Shown: piece after piece, positions 1 to 10,419 of the stretch
How positions within the stretch are numbered: position 1 is the first letter of the stretch
How the letters are laid out: every line of letters begins with the position of its first letter
Origin: Actinomycetota bacterium
Lineage (GTDB): Bacteria; Actinomycetota; Actinomycetes; Nanopelagicales; Nanopelagicaceae
Direction: 5' to 3'
DNA length: 52,521 nucleotides
Assembly (NCBI GenBank): GCA_041181205.1
Contig: JBEGPY010000001.1
Location: forward strand, 1-52,521
The notes under the pieces: generated by a model
Databases searched by the model: none
The model's input: the letters and a program-made list of their open reading frames with translations, nothing else
Told to the model about the DNA's origin: nothing
Program-made: the position numbers and the translations under genes

Positions 1-1
1 T

Positions 2-37
2 GATGTTTCAGATGAGGTTATGGCGAGCCTGGAATAA
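2..37 (+). CDS. yebC: 3' end of YebC/PmpR family regulator (partial)
   Basis: Frame 2 reads DVSDEVMASLE*, resembling the actinobacterial YebC C-terminus; usual position directly upstream of ruvC. Confidence 0.7.
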   Translation, partial: DVSDEVMASLE

Positions 38-40
38 GTT

Positions 41-62
41 CGTCATAGGTAAGGCCTAGGCT
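41..62 (+). promoter_or_regulatory. Putative ruvC promoter resembling the RecA-NDp/PafBC motif
   Basis: CGTCAT-N10-TAGGCT versus consensus TGTCGG-N10-TA-N3-T; spacing exact, upstream hexamer only partly matching. Confidence 0.4.
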
Positions 63-100
63 AGAAACCTTGCAATGAACCTAAGGAAATGGTGGCCGTA

Positions 101-637
101 ATGCGCGTACTAGGGATTGATCCTGGTCTAACGCGCTGCGGTATCGGAATCGTTGAAGGTAGCCCTGGATTAGCCTTAAAGATGGTGGGTGTTGGGGTAA
201 TTATGACGCCGTCAGACATGGCCCTTGAAAATCGCTTACTTGAAATCGATAAAGGTTTAAATGAATGGATTGCACTATGGAATCCAGATGTGATTGCAGT
301 GGAGCGAGTCTTTGCTCAACACAATGTGCGCACAGTGATGGGTACCGGACAAGCTGCAGGCATTGCTCTACTTATTGCCGCTAAAGCTGGAATACCAGTC
401 ATGATGCACACACCCAGTGAAGTTAAAGCTGCAGTCTCAGGATCAGGTCGTGCCAATAAAGCACAGGTTGCCCAGATGGTGCAAAAGATTCTTAACCTTG
501 ATTCAATTCCAAAGCCTGTGGATGCAACTGATGCACTTGCACTTGCTATTTGCAATATTTGGCGGGGCGGGGCAACAGCTAGAATTAATCAAGCAGTTGA
601 AGTTGAAAAAACTCGCCTAAGAAAACTGCGTGGATAA
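101..637 (+). CDS. ruvC: Holliday junction resolvase RuvC
   Basis: [15 protein letters not shown]-terminus, [15 protein letters not shown] acidic motifs; alternative ATG at 89. Confidence 0.96.
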   Translation: MRVLGIDPGLTRCGIGIVEGSPGLALKMVGVGVIMTPSDMALENRLLEIDKGLNEWIALWNPDVIAVERVFAQHNVRTVMGTGQAAGIALLIAAKAGIPVMMHTPSEVKAAVSGSGRANKAQVAQMVQKILNLDSIPKPVDATDALALAICNIWRGGATARINQAVEVEKTRLRKLRG

Positions 638-1252
638 ATGATTTCAACTCTTAGCGGAACAATTCGCTCACTCTCACAAGATAAACTTGTTATTGAAGTG
701 GGGGGAGTGGGCTTGAGTGTTTTGATCAATCCACCAACAAGTCTGGGATTGACTCTAGGCGCGCAAACAACTTTATACACATCCCTGGTTGTGCGCGAAG
801 ACTCACTTACTCTTTTTGGTTTCTTATCAGAGGAAGTACGCAACTTATTTGAATTAGTGCAAACAGTCTCTGGCGTTGGTCCAAAAGTCGCGCTCTCAAT
901 TATGGGCGCACTCACCCCAGAGGATTTAGCACGTGCTATTTCACAGGAGGACACTTCGGCTTTTGAGCGTGTTCCTGGAATTGGTAAAAAGGGTGCACAG
1001 CGCATGATTTTAGAGTTAAAGGGCAAGCTCAGCGATCTTTCATTGGGTGCAACATATAAAGGTCATCAACCACAATGGCGTGAACAATTACTCAGTGCCT
1101 TGGTTTCACTAGGCTTTTCACCTAAAGAATCAGATTCTGCAATTAGTGATGTTGTTAATGATTTGCAGGGCAATGATCAAGACCCTGCAACTATGGCGTT
1201 AAGTGAGCTGCTCAAACTAGCTCTGGCCAGTGGAAAGAGTGCACGTGGCTGA
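638..1252 (+). CDS. ruvA: Holliday junction branch migration protein RuvA
   Basis: OB fold [11 protein letters not shown], HhH motifs VSGVGPK and VPGIGKK, C-terminal ALVSLGF. Confidence 0.96.
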   Translation: MISTLSGTIRSLSQDKLVIEVGGVGLSVLINPPTSLGLTLGAQTTLYTSLVVREDSLTLFGFLSEEVRNLFELVQTVSGVGPKVALSIMGALTPEDLARAISQEDTSAFERVPGIGKKGAQRMILELKGKLSDLSLGATYKGHQPQWREQLLSALVSLGFSPKESDSAISDVVNDLQGNDQDPATMALSELLKLALASGKSARG

Positions 1253-2291
1253 TAATCAAGAGCGTTTAGTGGGCTCACATATTAAGGGCGAAGAATCCGC
1301 GCTAGAACAAGCGCTGCGCCCCAAGACGCTTAAGGATTTCATTGGTCAGCATCGCGTGCGCGAACAGATAGATGTTTTACTTACTGCTGCCCGCCATAGA
1401 AATAGCCCAGCTGATCACATCCTGCTTTCAGGTCCACCAGGATTAGGGAAAACCACGTTGGCGCTGATTTTGGCAAGTGAGATGCAGGCACCTATACGTA
1501 TTACAAGTGGACCAGCTATTACGCATGCGGGAGATTTAGCTGCAATTCTCTCCTCCCTTGTGGAAGGCGAAATTCTTTTCCTAGATGAGATTCACCGCCT
1601 GCCTCGTCCAGCAGAAGAGCTTCTCTATTTAGCGATGGAGGATTTTCGGGTAGATGTTGTTGTGGGTAAGGGCCCAGGGGCAACTGCGATTCCACTGCAA
1701 CTGCCACATTTCACATTAGTGGGTGCAACAACTCGAGCAGGTTTGTTGCCAGGACCATTGCGCGATCGCTTTGGTTTCACTGCCCATCTTGATTTCTATG
1801 AGGATTCAGAGTTAGCCCAAGTTATTTCAAGAAGCGCACAGCTACTCGACATTGATATTCACGCCGATGCAATCACAGAAATATCAGGCAGATCGCGTGG
1901 GACACCACGTATTGCCAATCGATTACTTCGCCGCGTGCGCGATTACGCACAGGTCAATGCCAGCACATCCATCTCACTCACAGATGCACGAGCAGCGCTA
2001 GAAATGTATGAAGTAGATGAGATCGGATTGGACCGTCTCGATCGCGGCGTATTAGTGGCATTAGTTGAGCGCTTTAATGGAGGACCTGTAGGCCTTTCCA
2101 CATTAGCAATTGCGGTGGGTGAAGAGGTAGAAACCGTTGAAGCAGTTGCTGAGCCTTTCCTAGTTCGAAACGGCCTCATGGCTAGAACTGCGCGTGGAAG
2201 AGTTGCAACTGCTGCTGGTTTTGCTCATATAGGACGCACACCACCTGCTGCCATCGCCTCGCTTTTCGACACACCAGCACCTGACGCCTAG
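1245..2291 (+). CDS. ruvB: Holliday junction branch migration helicase RuvB
   Basis: [12 protein letters not shown], Walker [27 protein letters not shown]; GTG at 1245 chosen (ORF opens at 1230). Confidence 0.97.
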   Translation: MADNQERLVGSHIKGEESALEQALRPKTLKDFIGQHRVREQIDVLLTAARHRNSPADHILLSGPPGLGKTTLALILASEMQAPIRITSGPAITHAGDLAAILSSLVEGEILFLDEIHRLPRPAEELLYLAMEDFRVDVVVGKGPGATAIPLQLPHFTLVGATTRAGLLPGPLRDRFGFTAHLDFYEDSELAQVISRSAQLLDIDIHADAITEISGRSRGTPRIANRLLRRVRDYAQVNASTSISLTDARAALEMYEVDEIGLDRLDRGVLVALVERFNGGPVGLSTLAIAVGEEVETVEAVAEPFLVRNGLMARTARGRVATAAGFAHIGRTPPAAIASLFDTPAPDA

Positions 2292-2302
2292 ACTCTGCAC
2301 CT

Positions 2303-3814
2303 ATGTCTACAACTACTAAACCAGTAAAGACGACTGCCCGCCCGGCGCGCTCATTGGCAATCTTGTCCCTCGTGCTCATCGCACTGACCGGACTTGTTTT
2401 TGTGCAAAGCGCTACAGCAGTACGTCTAGGTCTTGATCTTCGAGGCGGAACTTCAGTCACTCTTCAACCGCGTATCGCACCGGGAGAGAATGGAAAAGTC
2501 ACCAACGAAGCAATCGACCAAGCAGTCTCCATCATCCGCCAGCGCGTTAACTCACTCGGTGTTGCCGAATCTGAAGTAGCTGCGCAGGGAAGTGGAACTA
2601 ATCGCCAGATTGTTATCTCTGTTCCTGGAGATACTGGTCGTCGTGTAGTTGAACTCGTAGGACAAACTGCAGAACTTCGTTTCCGCCAAGTGTTGGCAAC
2701 TGCCACATCAACTGGTGCAGCCGATCCTGCTGCAACTCCAGCTACTGGAGTAAGTCCAGAAGTAAATGCAAAGTTTGCAGCACTTGATTGTACAAAGGCT
2801 GAAAACCTTCAAGGTTCAGGTGCTGATGCACCAGAAGACACAATCGTTAGTTGCGATCGCGCGGGATCAACTAAATATATTTTGGCGCCAGCAGAAGTAC
2901 TCGGTCGTCAGATTTCAAAGGCATCTGCAGGACTTGATGCTCAAAGCGGTAGTGCTTGGTATGTAAGCCTTACTTTTAATGGTGAAGGCACATCAGCATT
3001 CGGTGCAATCACTTCACGTGTGACATCTCTGGCACCGCCACTTAACCAGGTGGCAATTGTGCTTGATGGTTTAGTTGTTTCAGCTCCGAGAATTAATGAA
3101 GCTATTCCATCTGGAAGTGCACAAATCACGGGAAGCTTCACACAACTTGAAGCCCAAGATTTAGCCAACGTTCTTAAATACGGTGCGCTGCCACTTGCCT
3201 TTGATCGCGGTGAAGTACAGCAAGTATCACCGACTTTGGGTGCTGATCAACTCAACGCTGGCCTATTAGCAGGAGGACTTGGTCTAGGCCTTGTTCTTCT
3301 CTATTCACTCCTCTATTACCGAGGTTTGGGTCTAGTAACTGTTGGTTCACTCGCCGTTGCTGGATCTCTTGTTTATCTACTCTTCTTGCTCCTTGGTAAG
3401 TGGATCGGATTCACATTAACCCTTGCAGGTATTGCAGGAGCGATTGTGGCTATTGGTGTTACTGCCGACTCATTTATTATCTACTTCGAGCGTATTCGAG
3501 ATGAAATTCGAGAAGGTCGTTCTTTGCGAACTGCGGTTGAGACAGGCTGGAGCCGAGCTCGCAGAACTATTCTGGTTGCTGACTTCGTTTCCATAATCGC
3601 TGCAGTCTTGCTGTATTTCTTTGCAGTAGGTGGTGTTCGAGGATTTGCATTTACTCTAGGTTTAACAACACTTGTTGACTTAATTGTTGTCTTTGTTTTC
3701 ACAAAGCCACTTGTGACGATCCTTTCAAAGGTTAATTTCTTTGCATCAGGTCATCCTTTATCAGGACTATCAGCCAAGAGCACTGGAACACTGCCAGTAG
3801 CAGGGGAGGCATAA
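2303..3814 (+). CDS. secD: Protein translocase subunit SecD
   Basis: LGLDLRGG, AIVLDG, IYFERIRDE, VRGFAFTL; multiple TM helices. Confidence 0.97.
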   Translation: MSTTTKPVKTTARPARSLAILSLVLIALTGLVFVQSATAVRLGLDLRGGTSVTLQPRIAPGENGKVTNEAIDQAVSIIRQRVNSLGVAESEVAAQGSGTNRQIVISVPGDTGRRVVELVGQTAELRFRQVLATATSTGAADPAATPATGVSPEVNAKFAALDCTKAENLQGSGADAPEDTIVSCDRAGSTKYILAPAEVLGRQISKASAGLDAQSGSAWYVSLTFNGEGTSAFGAITSRVTSLAPPLNQVAIVLDGLVVSAPRINEAIPSGSAQITGSFTQLEAQDLANVLKYGALPLAFDRGEVQQVSPTLGADQLNAGLLAGGLGLGLVLLYSLLYYRGLGLVTVGSLAVAGSLVYLLFLLLGKWIGFTLTLAGIAGAIVAIGVTADSFIIYFERIRDEIREGRSLRTAVETGWSRARRTILVADFVSIIAAVLLYFFAVGGVRGFAFTLGLTTLVDLIVVFVFTKPLVTILSKVNFFASGHPLSGLSAKSTGTLPVAGEA

Positions 3815-3817
3815 GAA

Positions 3818-4867
3818 ATGTCAAAGTTTTCAGGTTTAGGCGGCCGTCTCTATCGAGGCGAAACATCTATTGAAATCATTGGTCGACGTCGTCGTTGGTA
3901 TGCAGTCTCAGCTGTTTTTGTTTTGCTCTCTCTCGGTGCACTGAGCATTCAAGGCTTGCACTTGGGCATTGAGTTCAAAGGTGGTTCTTCTTTTACTGTG
4001 ACGAAGGCTGGCGCATCTATTGAAGATGCGCGTTCAGCCGTTGCAACAGCAGGAATTCCAGGAGAGGCAATTGTTCAGACAATTGGTAGCGACAAGATTC
4101 GTGTTCAAACTGGTGCGCTAAATACCGTGCAAAATAATGCTGTCCAAGATGCCCTCGCTGCTAAGTTCTCAGTTGCAGTTGAATCAATCGACACTCAAAT
4201 TGTTGGACCTTCTTGGGGTAAAGAGATTACACGCAAGGCTCTCTACGGCCTCTTTGGCTTCTTGATCTGCGTGATGCTCTATCTTGCAATGGCCTTTGAG
4301 CCAAAGATGGCAGTAGCTGCGATTGCCGCTGTTATTCACGATGTTTTCATTACTGTTGGTATCTACGCACTCGTTGGCTTTGATGTTACTCCAGCGACTG
4401 TGATCGGGTTCTTAACCATTTTGGGCTATTCGCTCTATGACACTGTGGTTGTATTCGATAAGATTCGCGAAAACACACGCACAATCACAGCCAGCTCAAA
4501 GAGCACTTACTCGCAAGCAACTAACTTGGCAGTTAACCAAACTCTCATTCGATCAATGAATACCTCCTTGATTGCACTATTGCCTGTTGGCTCTATTCTC
4601 TTTGTTGGTGCTGGATTACTAGGTGCTGGAACTTTAAAGGATCTCTCTCTTGCACTCTTTATCGGTTTAGCGGTGGGTACATACTCTTCAATCTTCATCG
4701 CTCCACCTGTGCTAGCTCAGTTGCGTGAGAAAGAACCTGCGATGCAAGCTCTGGCAAAACGAGTCAATGGTCGTACCAGTCCAGTTGCCTCGGATATTCC
4801 TGTCCCTTCAGTTTCTGGAGATCGTCGCGGCCCACGCAATCAACCAAAACGTAAACATCGCAAATAG
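3818..4867 (+). CDS. secF: Protein translocase subunit SecF
   Basis: LGIEFKGG, GYSLYDTVVVFDKIRE, GTYSSIFIA; follows secD. Confidence 0.97.
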   Translation: MSKFSGLGGRLYRGETSIEIIGRRRRWYAVSAVFVLLSLGALSIQGLHLGIEFKGGSSFTVTKAGASIEDARSAVATAGIPGEAIVQTIGSDKIRVQTGALNTVQNNAVQDALAAKFSVAVESIDTQIVGPSWGKEITRKALYGLFGFLICVMLYLAMAFEPKMAVAAIAAVIHDVFITVGIYALVGFDVTPATVIGFLTILGYSLYDTVVVFDKIRENTRTITASSKSTYSQATNLAVNQTLIRSMNTSLIALLPVGSILFVGAGLLGAGTLKDLSLALFIGLAVGTYSSIFIAPPVLAQLREKEPAMQALAKRVNGRTSPVASDIPVPSVSGDRRGPRNQPKRKHRK

Positions 4868-4877
4868 CGGTACCTAA

Positions 4878-7040
4878 ATGGATACTTTGATTGCACCAGT
4901 TATTAGTGCGCTCAAAGAGCACCATGCAACGAATAACTTTGCAGATGTAGAACGGGCTTTCCTTGTTGCTGAAAAGGCACACGATGGTCAACTTCGTAAA
5001 TCAGGTGATGCATACATCACTCACCCAGTTGCCGTCGCCAATATCCTGGCTGAACTGGGCTTAACTTCTGAAGCAATTATCGCTGCGCTTTTGCACGACA
5101 CTGTTGAAGACACTGCCTATTCATTAAAAGAGCTTCGCCATGATTTTGGTGATGAGATTGCTGGATTAGTTGATGGTGTTACAAAGCTAGACAAGCTCAC
5201 GTACGGACCAACGGCAGAGGCTGAGACTGTGCGCAAGATGGTTGTTGCGATGTCTCGTGATATTCGAGTGCTGGTTATCAAGCTAGCTGATCGGCTGCAC
5301 AACGCGCGCACATGGAAATATGTGTCACCCGAGAACGCTGCGCGTAAAGCCCGTGAGACGCTAGATATCTATGCACCCCTTGCACACCGTTTAGGTATGA
5401 ACGCTATGAAGTGGGAACTAGAAGATCTCTCCTTTGAAGTCTTAGAGCCTAAGAAGTTTGAAGAGATCGCGCGTTTAGTTGCTGAGCGCTCACCTTCACG
5501 CGATAAGTTAACACACGATGTGATTGAGATTGTTACGCAAGATTTAGATGCAGATGGAATCAAAGCAACTGTTACTGGACGGCAAAAGCACTTCTTCTCG
5601 GTCTATCAAAAGATGGTGGTTCGAGGCCGTGAATTCAACGACATCTATGACTTAGTTGGCATCCGCGTATTAGTAGAAGATGTCCGTGATTGCTACGCAG
5701 TGCTTGGCGCAATCCACGCTAGATGGAGTCCAGTTCCTGGTCGATTTAAGGATTACATCGCTATGCCCAAGTTCAACTTATATCAATCACTTCACACAAC
5801 CGTGATTGGACCAACTGGTAAAGCAATTGAAATCCAAATTCGCACATTTGACATGCATTCACGTGCTGAATTTGGTATCGCGGCTCATTGGAAATATAAA
5901 CAGGGCCATGAAAACAATGAGGCTTCTCCAGAAATGCTCTGGCTGCGACAGTTGCATGAGTGGCAGAAAGAGACTGAGGATCCATCCGAGTTCTTAGAAG
6001 CTCTGCGCTTTGACTTGGGAACACCAGAGGTTTTCGTTTTCACACCAAAGGGGAGCGTTATTGCTCTTCCAGGTGGTTCAACTCCGGTGGACTTTGCCTT
6101 CTCAGTCCATACCGATGTTGGTATTCGTTGCGCCGGTGCAAAAGTAAATGGCCGACTTGTTCCACTGGAATCACGGTTAAATAATGGTGATGTAGTTGAG
6201 ATTGTCACTAACAAGGGTGAACATGCGGGACCAAGTAGAGATTGGCTTAACTTTGTAAAAAGCCCTCGTGCTCGTTCAAAAATCAAGGCCTGGTTTAGCA
6301 AGGAACGGCGCGAAGAAGCAGTTGATGCAGGACGTGAATCTATTGCTCGCCAGATGCGAAAAGCTGGACTTCCACTGCAAAAGATTTTTGCCGGTCACTC
6401 TCTTCTTGAACTAGCACATGAACTTCGCTATCCAGATATTGATGCGTTGTATTCAGCGGTGGGGGATGGCCATGTTTCAGCGGCCTCAATTATTGACAAG
6501 CTTGTTGTGTCAATGGGGGCTGAGGATTCACATCCAGAACCGACGATGGATACTTTTCCTTCCCGCGCTCCAGCTATAAGACGCTCTAGCAATGCAGTAG
6601 ATGTTGAAGGCGCAGATGATGTACTGGTGAAGCTAGCACGCTGCTGCACACCAGTACCAGGTGATGCAATTATGGGATTTATAACTAAGGGCAGTGGAGT
6701 TTCTATTCATAGAAATGACTGCGTGAATGCAGATGATCTGCTTCGTAATCAAAGCGATCGCATCGTTAATGTGTCTTGGCGTTTGGGTGCGGCCAGTGTT
6801 TTCTTAGTTAATATCCAAATTGAAGCCTTAGATCGTGCTTCACTGCTGGCAGATGTGACACGTACGCTTTCAGATCAACAGGTCAATATTCTCAGCGCTG
6901 CGGTGAGTACATCAAAGGATCGCACGGCGATTTCACGCTTCACATTTGAAATGGCAGATGCAACGCATTTAGATGCGGTGTTGGCAGCGGTACGACATAT
7001 TGAAGGTGTTTATGATGTTTATCGCACCACAAACAATTAG
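4878..7040 (+). CDS. rel: Bifunctional (p)ppGpp synthetase/hydrolase Rel
   Basis: HD motif ALLHDTVED, KLADRLHN, RFKDY, YQSLHT, EIQIRT, TGS (TPVDFAF), ARCC zinc domain, C-terminal ACT. Confidence 0.97.
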   Translation: MDTLIAPVISALKEHHATNNFADVERAFLVAEKAHDGQLRKSGDAYITHPVAVANILAELGLTSEAIIAALLHDTVEDTAYSLKELRHDFGDEIAGLVDGVTKLDKLTYGPTAEAETVRKMVVAMSRDIRVLVIKLADRLHNARTWKYVSPENAARKARETLDIYAPLAHRLGMNAMKWELEDLSFEVLEPKKFEEIARLVAERSPSRDKLTHDVIEIVTQDLDADGIKATVTGRQKHFFSVYQKMVVRGREFNDIYDLVGIRVLVEDVRDCYAVLGAIHARWSPVPGRFKDYIAMPKFNLYQSLHTTVIGPTGKAIEIQIRTFDMHSRAEFGIAAHWKYKQGHENNEASPEMLWLRQLHEWQKETEDPSEFLEALRFDLGTPEVFVFTPKGSVIALPGGSTPVDFAFSVHTDVGIRCAGAKVNGRLVPLESRLNNGDVVEIVTNKGEHAGPSRDWLNFVKSPRARSKIKAWFSKERREEAVDAGRESIARQMRKAGLPLQKIFAGHSLLELAHELRYPDIDALYSAVGDGHVSAASIIDKLVVSMGAEDSHPEPTMDTFPSRAPAIRRSSNAVDVEGADDVLVKLARCCTPVPGDAIMGFITKGSGVSIHRNDCVNADDLLRNQSDRIVNVSWRLGAASVFLVNIQIEALDRASLLADVTRTLSDQQVNILSAAVSTSKDRTAISRFTFEMADATHLDAVLAAVRHIEGVYDVYRTTNN

Positions 7041-8335
7041 TTAAATTCAGCTAAACCCTTTTCAGCCTCTTCTAACCAGACTCTACGAGCTGCAGCGGAC
7101 TCTCGAGCCTCTGTGGCTTTTTTAGCATTTCCAGCAGCTTCAGATTTTGCAGCAACCTTCTCGTAGTTTTCAATTGACTCAGTCAACTGCTTAACAACTT
7201 CTTCGGCGCGAGCTTTAGCTGCTGGATCTGTCTTTCGCCAGATTTCAGCTTCAGACTCTTTGATGACGCTTTCGACAGCGTGCACGCGGGCATCAAGGGA
7301 TGCGCGCTTATCGCGGTGGGTCATACCGATCTTGCTCCAAGCGTTCAAATAATCGCGCAGCGCCTTCTTAGCTTGATCTACATTAGTGATAGGTAAAAGT
7401 GCTTCTATCTGCATAACCAACTCTTCGCGCTTAATCAGATTAGCTGCCATTGTTGTGTCGCGCTTTTCTAGATCGGCGTTCTTAGCACTGAAGAATTGAT
7501 CTTGCGCCGCCTTAAATCTCGCCCACATCTTTGCATCATCACTTGGCTTTCCACGACCAGCAGCTTTCCAAGCATCCATGAGTGCTTTGAAACGCTTAGC
7601 TGTTGGGACCCATTCAGTTGATGTCGCTAATTTTTCTGCTTCTTCAATGATGGTCTTTTTGGCATCCACAACAACTTTTTGAACAGATTCAAGAGCAGCA
7701 AAGTGGGTGCGACGACGCTTATCAAATTTATTACGAGATGATGAGAAACGCTTCCATAGATCAGCATCTGCCTTTTTATCTAAGCGGGGTGCAGATTTCC
7801 ATTCATCAAGAAGGACCTTGAGACGATCTCCAGTTACTTTCCAACTCTCAGAGAGAGCAAGGCTTTCTGCCTCTGCCACAATCTTTTCCTTCTCAACGAG
7901 AATCTGTTCACGACGAGCAGCTTTAACTGCAGTTTCAGCTGCCTTCTTGGCTTCATAGGCTTCGCGATGTCCCTCAATGAGTGGTTCAATCTGTTCAACT
8001 GATGCAGCAAGTGCATCGAGGTCGCCAACACCATTTAATTCTTTCACTTGATCGCGCAGTTTCTTCACTGCCGTATAAGCATCTGATGGAACTAGTGCGC
8101 CACTCTTGATACGGGCTGCAAGGAGGGCAACTTCTGCTGCAAGGAGTTCGAATTTTCGAACGAAGTAAGCCAGAGCTTCTTCTGAAGTCTTACCAGGATA
8201 TGAACCAACTGCTTTTTCACCGGAGGAGGTACGAACGTAGACAGTTCCATCTTCGGCCACTCGGCCAAATTCTGAAGGATCTCCGATTAGTGCTGATGCT
8301 GCACTGGCTTGATGTGTTGGATTGAATTCGCTCAT
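7037..8335 (-). CDS. DUF349 domain-containing helical protein
   Basis: FGRVAEDGTVYVRT N-terminus and repeated W..F helical units; usual rel-adjacent position; SD-like GAAAGGA upstream. Confidence 0.85.
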   Translation of the reverse strand: MSEFNPTHQASAASALIGDPSEFGRVAEDGTVYVRTSSGEKAVGSYPGKTSEEALAYFVRKFELLAAEVALLAARIKSGALVPSDAYTAVKKLRDQVKELNGVGDLDALAASVEQIEPLIEGHREAYEAKKAAETAVKAARREQILVEKEKIVAEAESLALSESWKVTGDRLKVLLDEWKSAPRLDKKADADLWKRFSSSRNKFDKRRRTHFAALESVQKVVVDAKKTIIEEAEKLATSTEWVPTAKRFKALMDAWKAAGRGKPSDDAKMWARFKAAQDQFFSAKNADLEKRDTTMAANLIKREELVMQIEALLPITNVDQAKKALRDYLNAWSKIGMTHRDKRASLDARVHAVESVIKESEAEIWRKTDPAAKARAEEVVKQLTESIENYEKVAAKSEAAGNAKKATEARESAAARRVWLEEAEKGLAEFN

Positions 8336-8438
8336 GGTGTAAATCCTTTCAGCGCGTTGTTCTTATTTAGAACGTCGCTATCAGTGTGCGTGCTCACTCA
8401 AGGCGCACCTTGGATGAGCGTGAATCGTGCGGAGGTAA

Positions 8439-8448
8439 AAGGTACCCT
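8439..8448. promoter_or_regulatory. Putative overlapping divergent -10 elements
   Basis: AAGGTACCCT gives TACCCT on + (8443-8448) and TACCTT on - (8439-8444) between divergent genes. Confidence 0.4.
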
Positions 8449-8483
8449 GTCTAGGTGTGTGAGTGGGCGAAGGGGTGAATTCG

Positions 8484-9146
8484 ATGCTCGTCGACTCTTT
8501 TGCGGCCCCTATGTATGCCACTAACTGCTGGGTCATAGCCCCAAAGGCTGGCAGTGAGTGTGTAGTCATTGATCCAGGTATGCCTGATGTTTCGTCGATG
8601 TTGGATCAGATTCTAAAGAAACACTCTCTTAAGCCTGTTGCAGTCATTGCGACTCATGGACATCTCGACCATACCTTCTCTATTCAACCCATTGCCGATG
8701 GCTACTCCATTCCTGCCTACATTCATTCACTTGATCGCATCGCTCTTGCGCACCCAGAGCGATATTTGAGCCCAGAATTTGCAGCGACATTATCGGCTAT
8801 GGACTTTGTCGAACCTGGGGATGTAAGAGAATTGCGCAATGAAGAAGTTGTGGAGCTGGTGGGCATGAAGTTCAAAGCTATCCACGCACCTGGTCACACA
8901 CCAGGCTCTTTGGTTTTTGTAGTTGATGATGAGCTATTAGTCAGCGGCGATGTTCTCTTTGCTGGTTCGATAGGTCGCACTGATTTGCCGGGCGGATCAG
9001 CTGAGGCGATGGAGCAGACTTTGCGCAAAAAAATTATGCCGATGGCAGATCACTTAAGAGTCCTACCTGGCCACTATGGCGATAGCACCTTGGGTGCTGA
9101 GAAGAAGGGCAATCCTTACTTAACTGCTCTCAAGGGTCGTTACTAA
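8484..9146 (+). CDS. MBL-fold metallo-hydrolase (glyoxalase II-like)
   Basis: [32 protein letters not shown]; AAGGGG upstream of ATG 8484. Confidence 0.92.
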   Translation: MLVDSFAAPMYATNCWVIAPKAGSECVVIDPGMPDVSSMLDQILKKHSLKPVAVIATHGHLDHTFSIQPIADGYSIPAYIHSLDRIALAHPERYLSPEFAATLSAMDFVEPGDVRELRNEEVVELVGMKFKAIHAPGHTPGSLVFVVDDELLVSGDVLFAGSIGRTDLPGGSAEAMEQTLRKKIMPMADHLRVLPGHYGDSTLGAEKKGNPYLTALKGRY

Positions 9147-10396
9147 TGGCCGGACAAAAGATACAAGCGCCTAAAGGTGTCAGTGAATATGTTCCACCGC
9201 GTTCTGCAGCTTTTGAGTTTGTACGTGAATCCTTAATTGAGCCAGCACGTAAAGCGGGTTATCAGTTAATTGAACTTCCAGTATTTGAAGACACAGAACT
9301 CTTTACTCGCGGTGTTGGCGAATCAACTGATGTTGTTTCAAAAGAGATGTATACATTCCAAGATCGCGGAGATCGCTCCATCACATTGCGTCCAGAGGGA
9401 ACTGCAGGTGTGATGCGCGCAGTTATTGAACATGGATTAGATCGCGGTCAACTACCTGCCAAACTTTGGTATTCGGGTCAGTTCTTTCGAGCAGAGCGTC
9501 CACAAGCTGGTAGATATCGCCAGTTCTACCAAGTGGGTATTGAAGCTATTGGATTAGATGATGCAGCTATTGATGCTGAAGTAATTGCCATTGCAGATGC
9601 TGGTTTCAAAGCTATTGGTCTGAGTAAATATCGTCTTGAAATTACTTCTTTAGGCGATGCACAATCACGAGCTGCCCACCGAGTTGATTTGGTGAAGTTC
9701 ATTTCTAGCATGAGCTTGGATGAGGCAACCAGTGCGCGGGCAGCCCTCAATCCGCTGCGATTATTTGATGACAAGCGTGCTGAGATAAAAGATGCCATGG
9801 CCAAAGCACCTTTGCTTATTGATTATTTGAATGAGAGTTCGAGGTCTCACTTTGAGCAAGTTAAAAGATATCTTGATGTCTTAGGTATTTCTTACACACT
9901 CAATCCACGGATGGTGCGTGGCTTGGATTACTACACCGGAACTACTTTCGAATTTGTCCATGAACTTCTAGGTGCTCAGTCTGGGATTGGTGGGGGAGGC
10001 CGTTACGACGGACTTATGGCCGAACTCGGAGGGCAGTCTTTATCTGGAATAGGTTTTGGTTTAGGTGTTGATAGAGCACTTTTGGCGGCAGAAGCAGAAG
10101 GAGTAATCAATGAGAACTCCTTTGTCTCAGATTTATTCATCATCCCACTGGGGGATGTGGCAAAAGAGATGGCGATGAAGATTGCTAGCGAACTACGTGG
10201 TGCTGGAAAGTGTGTTGAGATTGCTTTTGGAGATCGGGCCTTGAAGGGTGCTATGAAAGGCGCGGACAAAAGCGGTGCGCGCTATGTCATTGTTTTAGGG
10301 GAATCAGAGATTTCTAGCGCAACGGTGGAGCTAAAAGAGATGAAAACTGGCGCCACTTCATCGGTTAAGATTGCCTCATTAATCAGCGCAATTTAA
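9146..10396 (+). CDS. hisS: Histidine--tRNA ligase
   Basis: [36 protein letters not shown]. Confidence 0.97.
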   Translation: MAGQKIQAPKGVSEYVPPRSAAFEFVRESLIEPARKAGYQLIELPVFEDTELFTRGVGESTDVVSKEMYTFQDRGDRSITLRPEGTAGVMRAVIEHGLDRGQLPAKLWYSGQFFRAERPQAGRYRQFYQVGIEAIGLDDAAIDAEVIAIADAGFKAIGLSKYRLEITSLGDAQSRAAHRVDLVKFISSMSLDEATSARAALNPLRLFDDKRAEIKDAMAKAPLLIDYLNESSRSHFEQVKRYLDVLGISYTLNPRMVRGLDYYTGTTFEFVHELLGAQSGIGGGGRYDGLMAELGGQSLSGIGFGLGVDRALLAAEAEGVINENSFVSDLFIIPLGDVAKEMAMKIASELRGAGKCVEIAFGDRALKGAMKGADKSGARYVIVLGESEISSATVELKEMKTGATSSVKIASLISAI

Positions 10397-10419
10397 CTAT
10401 AGGGATGTAGAACGCACAT

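Noticed and set aside
29-42. Possible LexA box (GTTCG half-site) upstream of ruvC
   Set aside because: Left half at the required spacing is CTGGA, not CGAAC
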